From Styela clava (lineage: Eukaryota), in assembly GCF_964204865.1 (NCBI RefSeq), contig NC_135252.1:19902001-19966000 (forward strand): a DNA stretch of 64,000 nucleotides, given 5' to 3'. Positions 20,561-32,027 of the stretch are shown one piece after another. Position numbers and translations under genes: made by a program. The notes under the pieces are model-generated. The model saw nothing but the letters and a program-made list of their open reading frames with translations. It did not search any database and was not told where the DNA came from. The first letter of the stretch is position 1, and every line of letters starts with the position of its first letter.

Positions 20561-21273
20561 CACTACGGTAACGACAAAGAGCCTCGCTTACCGAGTCCTA
20601 ATTCCTAAACCAGAAAAAGCGCGGGCTACAGGCACGTGACATTTGAGTGATGTCATAATTGGCACATTACCGGTACCAAATGACCTGTGACGGTAAAGAG
20701 AAGGATTAAATATAGGAAACTTTGTTCTCTGCAAAAAGTACCAGTACCGGTACCTCAATAATCAGACCACTACCCGTGGTAAATCCGCACCTACCGTACA
20801 GACCGTTGCTAACACAATCATCAAACTCAGACTCAAGCTATTGCATACTTAACATGCGTACCGCATTCAGTTTTCATACGCACGCAACCGATGCTGAGCT
20901 CCCAAGCAGCTTAGCGTCCCAGCCGAGATGCGCGGCACAAGGAAACTCGAAATCAAAAATGCTGCGCACGCAACCTGCCCCGTGGAGTTTTTGCGGATGA
21001 ATATTTGGACAAATAGGTCCGCTTACTTCCGGAAAAATAAGATATAAAACAATATCTTATCTTGTCTAATGCAATAGCAAAACAATCAGAATTTTTGGGT
21101 GATGAACCAAAATAATTCTAGAATAAAATTAATTCAAATTAATTTGATACCCAGAGCAAAATTTAGATGAAATTTTAAAGTATTTAAATTTGCTTCGTGA
21201 CTATATCGCATGCGTAGGTAGATAAATTCGTTCATTGGAAAGAATAGTTACTCGTAAATTGGAGGAATTTTTT

Positions 21274-21419
21274 TACTTTTTCCAAGTATACAAATCTTTT
21301 TACTATTTTTCTGTTATATTAATTACTAACTGATCAGTGAAATTACTACTTTTTCCAAGTATACAAATCTTTTTACTATTTTTCTGTTATATTAATTACT
21401 AACTGATCAGTGAAATTAC
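21274..21419. repeat. Perfect 73-bp tandem duplication in the CACTA subterminal region
   Basis: tactttttccaagtatacaaatctttttactatttttctgttatattaattactaactgatcagtgaaattac at 21274 and 21347. Confidence 0.9.
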
Positions 21420-22455
21420 TATTCATTAGTAAACTATTTACAAACAAGCACCCTGATTGGCTTAGCTAAGCAAGTCACGTGATTTCAATAAAATACTCGA
21501 AAAATTAGTAAAAATTTACTAGAAAAATTAGTATATTTACTAATTTTTTTAACAGTGTACGGGTCAAAAAAACCTTCGAAAAATTGCAATTACCGAAGCT
21601 AAAAGATTTTTGATGGATTGAAAATGTTGATGGCTCAGTCCATTTGTCTATCAGCCTTCAAACTTCAAGATGTGGACAAAAGTATTTGCCCCTTCTTTTA
21701 TAGAAATAAACGAACGATAAAACCCATCAAATTTAGGTTGTCAAGAACGTGGGATGATAATTTTAAGCAACGCACTCTCATGTTGTATTCGTTGTTGAGA
21801 ATAACACGAATTAGACTATGACAGTCAATGGCAGGTTCACTATCACAAGAAATTTAAAAACTTGCAAATGCAAAAGCGTTTTACTATCTTTGAATCTATA
21901 TCCAACAAATAAAACTATGAATGAAGTTTAAAATGAGATTGTAAAATTGTTTAATTAGTACACTTTTCTACAACTCATTACAGATATGCTCAACTCGCGG
22001 AAGAATATCACCGTTTGAGCTTTTGTCAAAACACAATTCACTTTTTAGTGGATGGATACACAACCTTTTTTCTCGAACTACTTACTAATCAACACCCCGG
22101 ATTCAAAAACGATAAATTTTGAAGGGACTTCACCAGTTAAGTCATTACGGAGGCGCATATTTTTCTTCTCCTTCCAGAATTTATTTTTTTATTAATGACC
22201 TACTGATACGTCTACTCTTGTGGCCTAAATACGCCATCGTGCCACGTTAGATATAATGGGCTGGGTATTTACTTCAATTACCACAAAATGCACGTAACTT
22301 TAACGCGTTCCCTATTCGTCGTTGTCTTGCCTTCGATATTCATCACGCGATTTATTGTTTCATGTCCGACTTGCAAACACTTATTGATGTTACAAATATA
22401 TGTTGCCTTGACATGGTACAAGAAACCCAATTGTTATATTTTATTTGTACGACAA

Positions 22456-22745
22456 CGTTTCAGCCGTTTTGTAACTTGAAACCACCACGATCATTGTGGC
22501 GTAACTTTAAAACCATACACTGTGTCGAAAAAACCATGGTTACGCTACAATGGCGTTGACGAAACGATGTTTTTGTTGTAGAAGTTGTACGGGTCGAAAA
22601 ATCTTCGAAAAATTGCAATTCCCGAAGCTAAAAGGGATTGAAAACGTTGATGACTCAGTCCAACTGCAAGATGTGGACAAAAGTATTTGCCCATTCTTTT
22701 ATAGAAATAAACAAACGATAAAACTCATCAAATTAAGGTTGTCAA
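22456..22745. repeat. Third, more diverged partial copy of 8044-8360, containing a CACTA empty site
   Basis: aacgtttcagccgttttgt...gaagttgtacgggtcgaaaaatcttcgaaaaattgc...caagatgtggacaaaagtatttg. Confidence 0.85.
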
Positions 22746-22901
22746 TGAAATCTTCGAAAAAGTATTGAGATTTATATACAATTCGGAACCCGTCCTTGAA
22801 AAACTAATTGAAGGGAGAAATAACTACAGCAGGTATATGTTGATTGAACCTCAGTTTTTCCGACAAGAAATCTTTGTCACATGTAGTATGTAACTCTAGT
22901 T

Positions 22902-24548
22902 CAGGGGGGTTCAACATTTTTTCGGAGGTGGGACGTATAACCAACGTCAGACATCTAAGTTGGGCCACACAAAAAATTTAGCGGAACAGGCTATTGAAGA
23001 GAAGTGCGGTATCGTCTATCCCAGTGTTTACCGAATCACGGCCAGCGGGTCATTTACGACCCGCGTAACGATTTAATATGGCCCGCCGAACTCAATGGAA
23101 AGAGTTTAACCATTTTAGTTTGACCATGTTTGTACCTTTTTCGTTCTAGATACCGCAAATTGCTATGTCAATATCACAGTTTAAGAACGTGCATATTCGT
23201 AACAATTACCGGTATCTTAATTATACGTACCGGTATTAGGATTACATACGGCAGTATTTTAGTTATCACTTAGTTATCTCCCAGCCCGCGAATATTCTTC
23301 CGCTTCTAATTTTGGCTCAGGTCAATTAACTTTGGGAACCACGGAATTAGCCCTACAGTTATTGAGAAAGCACCGGGCTAAACGGCAAAAGATTTAACGC
23401 AGCGACGAAAGCAGTATGTTAGTCAAAATATGTATTTCCAGCCACGTGTGAGGCTTTTTAAACATTTAGGGGAAGGTGGGGTACGTTGGGACATGGGGCA
23501 CAGTGGAAAATCAGCTATCACACTGATACTATATCCGCAATCCTGTCCGCGGCTCGATGTTCCAATCCGCCCTTCGGTGAGTTACAACGTCCCCGCGAAC
23601 GGACAACGGACGGGTAGAGCGGCGCAAGCTATGGGGTGAAATTGGTTTTGGGAAGTTGAAAAAAAAATTTCACCGTTCCAGTTTTTTCTTTTTTTTAGTT
23701 TATCCTTTCCAATGAGACAAACCATCGTCTGATATTCTTTAGCGTCAGTCCACTGTAAAATATTCCTAACGTTAGCGATTGGCTGTGCCTTCCGAATTTT
23801 GCCGTGGGATGGTCTGAAAGTATTTGTTTCCTATGGGGAACAATGGACCGGGGTTCAGTGGGACATGCTCTACAGGGCACAATTCGACAGTGTTTGATTC
23901 AATAAGTGCTTAGAGACTTAGAGATGCGTCATATTTTGTGTAATATAATGGTTTCTTTCGACCCATGGCCCAATATGGAATATATTCGAGAATCAATAAT
24001 ATTATATATAAGGAAATAATCAAATTTTTTTGCAAAATGTTTTGTCAAAATATCTGAACTATTTTAGTTGAACATTGATTTTAAAAATATTAAATCTTCA
24101 AATTTGAAGTCTCCCCGTACTTTAGACGATTATGCTGATTAATTGCTTATTTTTAAGGGCATACTTCGTTGAATTTTGACAGACTGACCCATTGTGCCCC
24201 AGGGTCTGTCCGATTGTGCCCCACAAGTGGGGTACAGTGGGACACTTGACAGACGTTTTTCAAAGCATTTTGGTAGTAAGATGTGTGTCGCAAAGAATTT
24301 TCTTTGTTGCTGAATAAAAACTACATTTACCCCTCTATGCATTAGTCCCGCAAACTTAAGAGAATATGCAGAATTAACGGCTCAAAATATGCAAAAGAAA
24401 AAAAGTGTCCCAACCTTCCCCACTTTCCCCTACTGTCGGATTAAAATTTTAGGCTTGATGGTGAAAGTTCTTGGTGTTGACAAGCGCCACACTAAATGGC
24501 TTGGTGGCCGAGTTGTATAGCCAGATGGCCGTCTGTTGCACATCTCTG
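22902..24548. mobile_element. Decayed hAT/Charlie-like MITE hosting two nested MITEs
   Basis: CAGGGGGGTTCAAC ... GTTGCACATCTCTG termini; TSD ctctagtt/gtatagtt (6/8). The inverted paralog at ~34185-34215 has the empty site ctctagtt once. A nested Charlie-like piece lies at ~23022-23344. Confidence 0.7.
23469..24430. mobile_element. TA-target MITE (IS630/Tc1/pogo-type) with GGGGAAGGTGGGG TIRs
   Basis: TA|GGGGAAGGTGGGGTACGTTGGGACA ... TGTCCCAACCTTCCCCACTTTCCCC|TA, with internal repeats of the TGGGACA/TGGGGCAC motif. Confidence 0.85.
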
Positions 24549-27500
24549 GTATAGTTCGTTCATATTTAATTTTACCAGTAGCCATAATGATTTTGCATTC
24601 TATTGTGCATTCTACATTACTACTCTACTCATTCGTTTATAACTAGCTTGGACTGAAGTACTTTAGCATGTGAGAGTGTTTGTATGCGACAAAGAATGTA
24701 ACAATAGCAAGCGGCTGTGCAAACAGGACTGAGTAATTAACTCTAGTGACTGTATCATATTTATCACATAAAAGCATTCACAAAACTAACAATCGCTCTG
24801 ATAAGAGTTCAATTTGGTGAATAAAAAATCCGTTTGCGATTGAAACGTTTCACTATTATATTGACTGTATCAGTATCCAAGCAAGGACATATTTTTTGGC
24901 CTTAGAAGTTTATATCTTTGGGTCAAGACGTATCAAATACACAGGATTTTAAACTACAATACATTATGCAATTTGCTGAAGAATACTTTTAAAATTATAT
25001 GCTATTAAATGCCAATGCAATCTAAAAAAAACTAAATAAATAAATATTATAATCCCGCTTCCTTGAAAATTGGTAGCGTGTATATTCCGTGAGGAAAAAA
25101 ATACATCAGTGAACAATTCTGGATTGCATCCTTTAACGCTAGATTTTCTTATTGAGTACACACACACGTTCATTACAGATATCTTAAATTATATATATTT
25201 GGTGAGGAAAGTATACATTTTTGATCTTTCAGGACCTTCCCCGAAGCCGTGACTAAACAAAAAATGCTTTTAACAAATGCTTATGCTTATTTTGTACCTG
25301 TTTTCAAATTTGAGGCGAACTTTCTGGCACAAATCGCCTCATTTGTAATTACCAATCATCGAATTAGTCAAATTACATTTGAAACATGACTACTTAGCTT
25401 GAATCGCTTGGAATGTCAATCGACAAACAACATATAGTTTATTAGTTTACCCTCGTGATATAGCCCACTCTTCTTTAAATTAATTGTTTATTATCTGGCT
25501 CTGATGTCGCAATTTGATATTGAAGTCTCGATTTTAAGAATAATCTGCATCAACGTCTTAAGAAGGGAAGTATAAAGCTAATTTGATTGAACATTACAAA
25601 ATGTATTAATGTTTGTTTATGGGGCCAGTCTCGCTGATTTTAAAATTGTGCGTCCTAAATTTATTCATATGTTATGACTGTTATTACTCATACTGACCTC
25701 TGGCACCGAGTGGATAATGAGTCGACAAATTTTATCTGAATTTTATCTTTGCCATCTCAAAATAAATATAATAAAACTTCAATTAAGTTCTAGATATTTA
25801 TTTCTCCTATGAATAAAACATCTTGCAAATCACTGACTCTATCTTTTCAGAGTAAGCTCTGCTTCATTATGGACAGAGATTCGTACATAATCTGAACCTT
25901 GTTTAAAAATCTAATTAAAAGGGAAAATAAGTTAAAAGTTGATACCTCGCTCTTTTCGTCAACAAAACATTGTCATAGGCAGAATGTAACTCTATGGTAA
26001 TCCTGCTTTCATGATGTCGAATTAGCATTTATAAACTGTTCGTTCATATTTCATTCACTGGTACTCATAACGGTATTGTGCTTTCAATTGAGCACCCTAT
26101 ACTATTACTCTGCTAATTAGCTAATACATGGTTTGGTCAGAAGTACTATAGTCTTGCATACCTTACTCGTCAAACAATGTAACGATGACAGGCGTTTGGG
26201 CCAACAAATGTTTGTCATAATATATTTAAAATCTAGACTCGTAGACAAGAAGCAAACAATCCAGCTGACGAATTGTATTGATTGTATAAACATCCCACAA
26301 ACATATTTTGGTAGTTGAATTCTATATTTTTGTGCCATTCGGAATCAAGCACTCAGAAATCTTCAACTACGTTGAAAAATTTTATTTTATGCAACTTCTG
26401 CAGAACTTCAATAAAGTATAAACTACAATTAAATCAGCATTTTACAATTCATCTGATATAGAGATCATTAACACATATTATAAAATCCCACTTACTCAAA
26501 TATTGATTGAGAGCAATCTCAGAAGAAAACTATATCAATGAATTGTCAGAATATTAAATCTTTCTGGAAGGTTAAATTGTTGGGTATACGGGCAACATAC
26601 CTATATACGGGCAATATACCTATAAAGTTAATTACATACGCACAAACAGCCAATTTTTGAGAATAAATTGCCCGATCATATATATATTTAGTTTTGATAC
26701 ATATTTTTTGCGATCTTGCAAATTTATTAACGCCGTTAAAAAAATCCTAGTATCTCTTATAAATTTCCAGGAAGTACAACTTGATTTAGTACTTATTAAA
26801 ATATATATAAAGGATATTAGTAAATCAAAAATACATATTCATTGCCCTGCTTTATTATTAATTTAACTGTGATCTTTTTAATCTGCGGTTGTGTTGACGG
26901 AATAAAAGCAATACTACTCAGAAAATATGATGACAATCCGTGAACACAAAAATGCGTGGTAAAGTGTCCGATTATATTTTGTTTTGATTCGCATTTTTGT
27001 GAATTCGACAAATCTGAGCTGTTCGCACAACACATACGGCAGTACTGTCCGTACCAATGTGGAGGCAGTAAAGCAAAGATGTCCTGGTACGGTAGCATCC
27101 AAAATTTTGGATTTGCAATGTCTAAAAAAGCGCTTTTAATCGGTCGGACCATCATAAAACAGAACTTATGGTGTTCTCCGTATTATTTTTATTAAAAAAA
27201 AAATTTATTTCTCGTTGTTCGAACTCGCAAGAAACACCACTTCGGTATCTATCGAACAGTGTGCAAACTCGTGTTTTCGTCGGTGAGTTGTGAAATCCAA
27301 TCATCTGATTTAAGCGCAAGTGATCTGTCGCCTGTTACCTGTTGCCAAATTTTCGAATAGTAAACTGCTATTCTAATAGTTGAATATTCGAATATTAGCC
27401 TAGCTCTACTCAGAAACCAGTGAATATTGACTCAATGGATGTTATGTGAATAAATTTGCCTTTTATGTTTTATTTAAATTCTAACGTAAATCGTGACTGA

Positions 27501-30005
27501 TGAAGTTTCGCAAAAACGTTTGAATTTCTGTTGCGGACTCATTCAAACGCTCCGCGGACTCATTTGAGACCGCGGACTCGGGTTGGAAAACACTGGCATA
27601 TATATCAAACTCAATAAGCACATACGACCATTAACGCACATTAAGTGATGTACCTACATATACAAAAGTCAACGCCATATGCATATACAGGTAACTAATA
27701 TATATACATAATCTGCAGCGAAATCATACACATTTAGGGCTGAACACATATGCATATACATCCAACTCGTAGACATATCGAGTATAGACATATGGAAACT
27801 AATGTTATATGTGCAGCATATATACAGTACAGCCAAAAAGAGTTTGTTAATATCTTAAAATTGCCACATTGTAAATGAACATTTTTGAGATGAGAAAAGC
27901 ATGGCCTCAAGATGACACTGCAATGCATTTCAATATTCTTTTTCAAATAAGGGAATTCGCCTGTGTTTGTTTTGATGCATGTTGTTCTGAAGGTTTTAGC
28001 TTAGATTATCGTAGATTCTTCTGATAGACTAAAATGTAGAGTAAAAAATAGATGCCGATATTGGTAGATTATGTAAAAAAGAGTGTGTAAAATCCCATTT
28101 TTAATTATTTGCTTTGAGAATTGCTCGTTACTATAGAATGTCAAAAACATCATTGTGCTTGTTTGTGGGTAAACACACAGCTGTTTAGAATGCTTGAGTA
28201 TATTTATGAATTTAACATATAGACATCATAGATCACAGCACTTAGCAACATGCTGTACAAGCAAGAGAGAGCGTAAGCAAGCAAGGTCAAAGGTGACAAG
28301 TAAAGCATTAATAATGATGTCATAAATTCCATCTTACAAGCAGTGGTCGGCAAAGTTTTTCAAGTGAGGCCCAACAAAAAAATTGTACGTAATGTTGGAT
28401 TTATAAAACTTTTTCGTGTTTTACTGCCCATAATTGAAATTCATTGCAGGCTCACTAAATGCTCGACGGCACATATTTCACAATATTCCTTTTACGCAAG
28501 ATTCAATATCGGCACCTATCTTTTACTCTATATTTTAGTTTATTGAAATAATTTAGGATTATTAGTACGCATACCTTCAACCTAATAAGTAGTGTTCAAT
28601 TGAACTCTCTTTCCAATAAGTCCAAGCTATAACCTTCAGAACAGCATGCATCAAAACAAAACACAGGTGAATTCCCTTATTTGACAAAGCATAATTAAAT
28701 GCAATGCAGCGCCATCTTGAGGTCATGCTTTTTTCGTCACAAAAATGTTCATTTACACGGTGGTAATTTTGACAAGTTAACAAAACTGAAACACGTCATA
28801 TTACTGCGCCAATTTTAATATTTTTAATTTGGCGGAATGGTATCATTAAATAAATTTAATTTGGGGACCGGCGACAAAATATTCAAATTAATGAAACATA
28901 AAATAAATTATGATTTAGGATTCAAAGAAGCAACCAAATCGTACTTTTCATTGCAAGCCTTAGTGATGATGCTGAATAACATGGCCCAATTTTATTGTAA
29001 TTGTATATCGTAAATTACTCTTATCAATACAATGGGACAAACATAGCATCCACAAAAAGCAAAACGTTGTATACTCTCTTATTGAAGATTTCCGCTGGTA
29101 GTGGAAAAAATTAGAAGAATAATATTACGACGACGGTATGCATCGAACACTAAAATCTGATGCTTTTTATTGTCCGGCACAACGATGTCTATTCCCCTGC
29201 GTTCATTCTAACAACTGCTAGAATAATAAATATGCAATATTAACATACATTGACCGAATTGCTTAAAATTGACCAAGGCACAACTAACAGGAAAGAGACA
29301 GGATACCACTGTTTGTATTTTGCAAACCATCTTTGTTTTCGTATCATCGCATCCACGACTGTATATTTTGAAATGTTTTTCATCATTTTCTGTGAACATT
29401 ACTAACATATACAAACTATAATGTGTGGAACTGTTTTCAATCCTACCGGCCATATACAACAATTGCGTCCCTTTATACTTCTATGTTTTCATCAACTAAT
29501 GATTGATGAAGTAATTGTTTAATTTATTACCGACATGGGGGAGATGGTAAATAGTGGCACGGATACATTCAAATATACATTAATAAAATCATTCAAATTA
29601 TTACAATAATTTATCAATTGTTATCTAGGCAGCTTTAGTCAAGCAGTTATAAGAATTGAATTCATATCAAATAATTCAGCATATAGCTCTAAAAATTAGA
29701 ACTCTGCCGATGATGTAGATTCAATGTTATTTTTACTACTAAGATACAAATGCTTGCAATTAATGTTTTTAATATTATTTCAAACTTTGGTAATTCACGC
29801 CCCAATCATTTTCTTGATAAAAGAAGGGTTAAAAATGCGATAAAAATGTCTGAATTAGCTTAGTCAGTAACTAAAAAGAGCTGAAATGCAAGAATTCATA
29901 TCTATGTCTCTTTTCAAAATTTATTAAATATTTAATGAAAGTTCAAAAATCGGCCAGGAAAAAAGAAATGTAATAGAATCCGATCCTAATCCTCTAAATA
30001 TTTGA

Positions 30006-30047
30006 ATATATATATATATATATATATATAGGTATATATATATTTAT
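30006..30047. repeat. (TA)n microsatellite, interrupted
   Basis: Seen directly. Confidence 0.9.
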
Positions 30048-32027
30048 AGGTTAATTTTAAACCCAAATTTAAAAATTAATATTTAACTGATAAACACAAA
30101 ACAAATTGATTATTTTCGCCGATTTATTTTATGTGCGAAATGATAAGCAACTAACCATGTAATTAAATTTTTAAATGAATGTAAGCGAAAATGAATTTTT
30201 GTCAAAACGAACGCGAAATATAATTGCATGATAATATGGAAATATGAAAATATTTGTGAGATATTTATGGACAAAATTAAAATTTGAAGGTCATATATGC
30301 TTCCAGTGCTTCCCAATGTAGTCCGGGTGAAACAACATGGGTCCACAGCGCGACCACAGAGGGTTCACATATAAGGTGACACGGTGACAAAACCGCCTCA
30401 ATCTGAATTAAACCTAAGATTCAAGGGAAACAATAAAATATTTCAATAAACCATAGCGTTATAACTACACCAATTAAAGTGCTTTGATCATGGAATATTT
30501 GAAAGAATCGAAAGGAAAATGCAAACTTAGTATAACCAGAACCAAATGAAATGAAACGTTCCGACTTGACTAGACGAACAAGGGTCACATGCATACCTTC
30601 TTGGCATTCTAAAATTGAAAATGGTAATAATACCGAGTACACTAAAATTAGGTAGATTTATTAAGATGGCAAGGGATTTAATGCACATATAGCTAGGTTT
30701 TGAAAAAAAAAACTAGATTACAATGCAAGATCGCAAGTGATGCATAAACGTTTATATGAAATAAAAATGAAAATAATGTTTTAACTCTAACTAATTGCCC
30801 TCATTCATTTTGACAAATTATTCATACGTTTTTCTCCTGATTGTACTCGCTTTTAAATTGTTAGCAAGTTGGTTTTCTTAATAGCATGAATATGAATTCT
30901 ATAATGGTGATTGAATTAGACCTTTAATATTGGTAAAGTTCTGCCACAGAGTGCATAATATAAAACTTTCAACTGTAGTTAAGAGTTCTGAGTATTTGAT
31001 ATATCGCTTGGCACAAGGACAAAATGCTACGACGAAGAAGATGCCGCCTTTTAAAGTCAATACATTTGTGACACATTTTATTGGTACATCGATAAGTTTG
31101 TCCTATATCTGTTGAGTTGTCTGCCTGTTGTGCAGTAGTCTAGGTAATGAATATATATGACAGTACAAACACAGAGATACTGCCCTATTTACTCCGTCCT
31201 GTTGGTCCCACATCTTGTCATCGTTACATTGTTTGACGGGTAATGTATGCTAGAGTACTGCAGAACAAACCAGGTATTTAACTAAAGAGCAGAGTAGTAG
31301 TAGAGGCAGATCAATAGAATGCATATCATACTATCATAAGTACTGGTAAAATGAAATATGAACAAACAGTTTAGAGATTATAATTCAACATCAATGAGGC
31401 AGCTTAGAGTCACATTCTGTCTATGAGTTAGATTTTATGTCGAATCGAATTATGTATAAATCTCCATAAAAAATGAAGCAGAGCTTATTCTGAAAAGATA
31501 GAGTCAACGATTTGTATGATGACTCATTCACAAGAAAATGAATATCTAGTTTTCCGTTAAGATTGAATTAAGTTTTATTATATTTATTCGGAGGTGACAA
31601 AGATAAAATGTAGATGAAATTCGTTAACTCCTTATCTACTAGGTGCCACAGGTCAGTTCGAGTAATATAAAATAAAATTCAGAACCACATTTTTAACCTC
31701 AGCTAGACCAGTCACTGGCCCAATTACTAGCTCCATAAACAAACATTAAAATAATTTGTAATGTTCGACGCTAAGACGCTAATGCTGATAATCTAGACTT
31801 TAGTATTAAATAGCGCCATTACAGCTAGATAATAACCAATCATTAAAGAAGATTGGGTTATATCACAAAAGTAGACTATACCTTGTTTATCTATTGACAT
31901 TCCAATTGATTCGAGCTAAGTAGCCTATTCATGTTTCAAATGTAATTTGAGTACTGATTGCTTGGTAAATACAAATGAGGAGATTTGTGACAGAACGCTC
32001 GCCACAAATTTAAAAACGGGTACAAAC

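Larger units (their letters stand above)
20140..21482 (-). promoter_or_regulatory. Probable promoter/5' UTR region of the CACTA element
   Basis: CpG-rich relative to flanks and upstream of both minus-strand genes. Contains YY1-like CAAGATGGCCGCC (20140), ETS-like ACTTCCGG (21025), CCAAT (ATTGG 21456) and E-box GTCACGTGA (21474). Candidate minus-strand donors GTAAGC (~20591) and GTAGGT (~20794). Confidence 0.45.
12096..21557 (-). mobile_element. Full-length autonomous CACTA/EnSpm (CMC superfamily) DNA transposon, 9,462 bp
   Basis: Perfect 16-bp TIR CACTGTTAAAAAAATT (12096-12111 / 21542-21557) and TA TSD (12094-95, 21558-59). Empty sites agttgTAcggg occur at ~8175-8185 and ~22583-22593. Subterminal TTACTA/TAGTAA and TGGYAGC repeats; two intact genes inside. 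Confidence 0.93.

Noticed and set aside
29030-29462. Coding-looking stretch and 84-aa minus ORF
   Set aside because: No recognisable motif or consistent splice structure.
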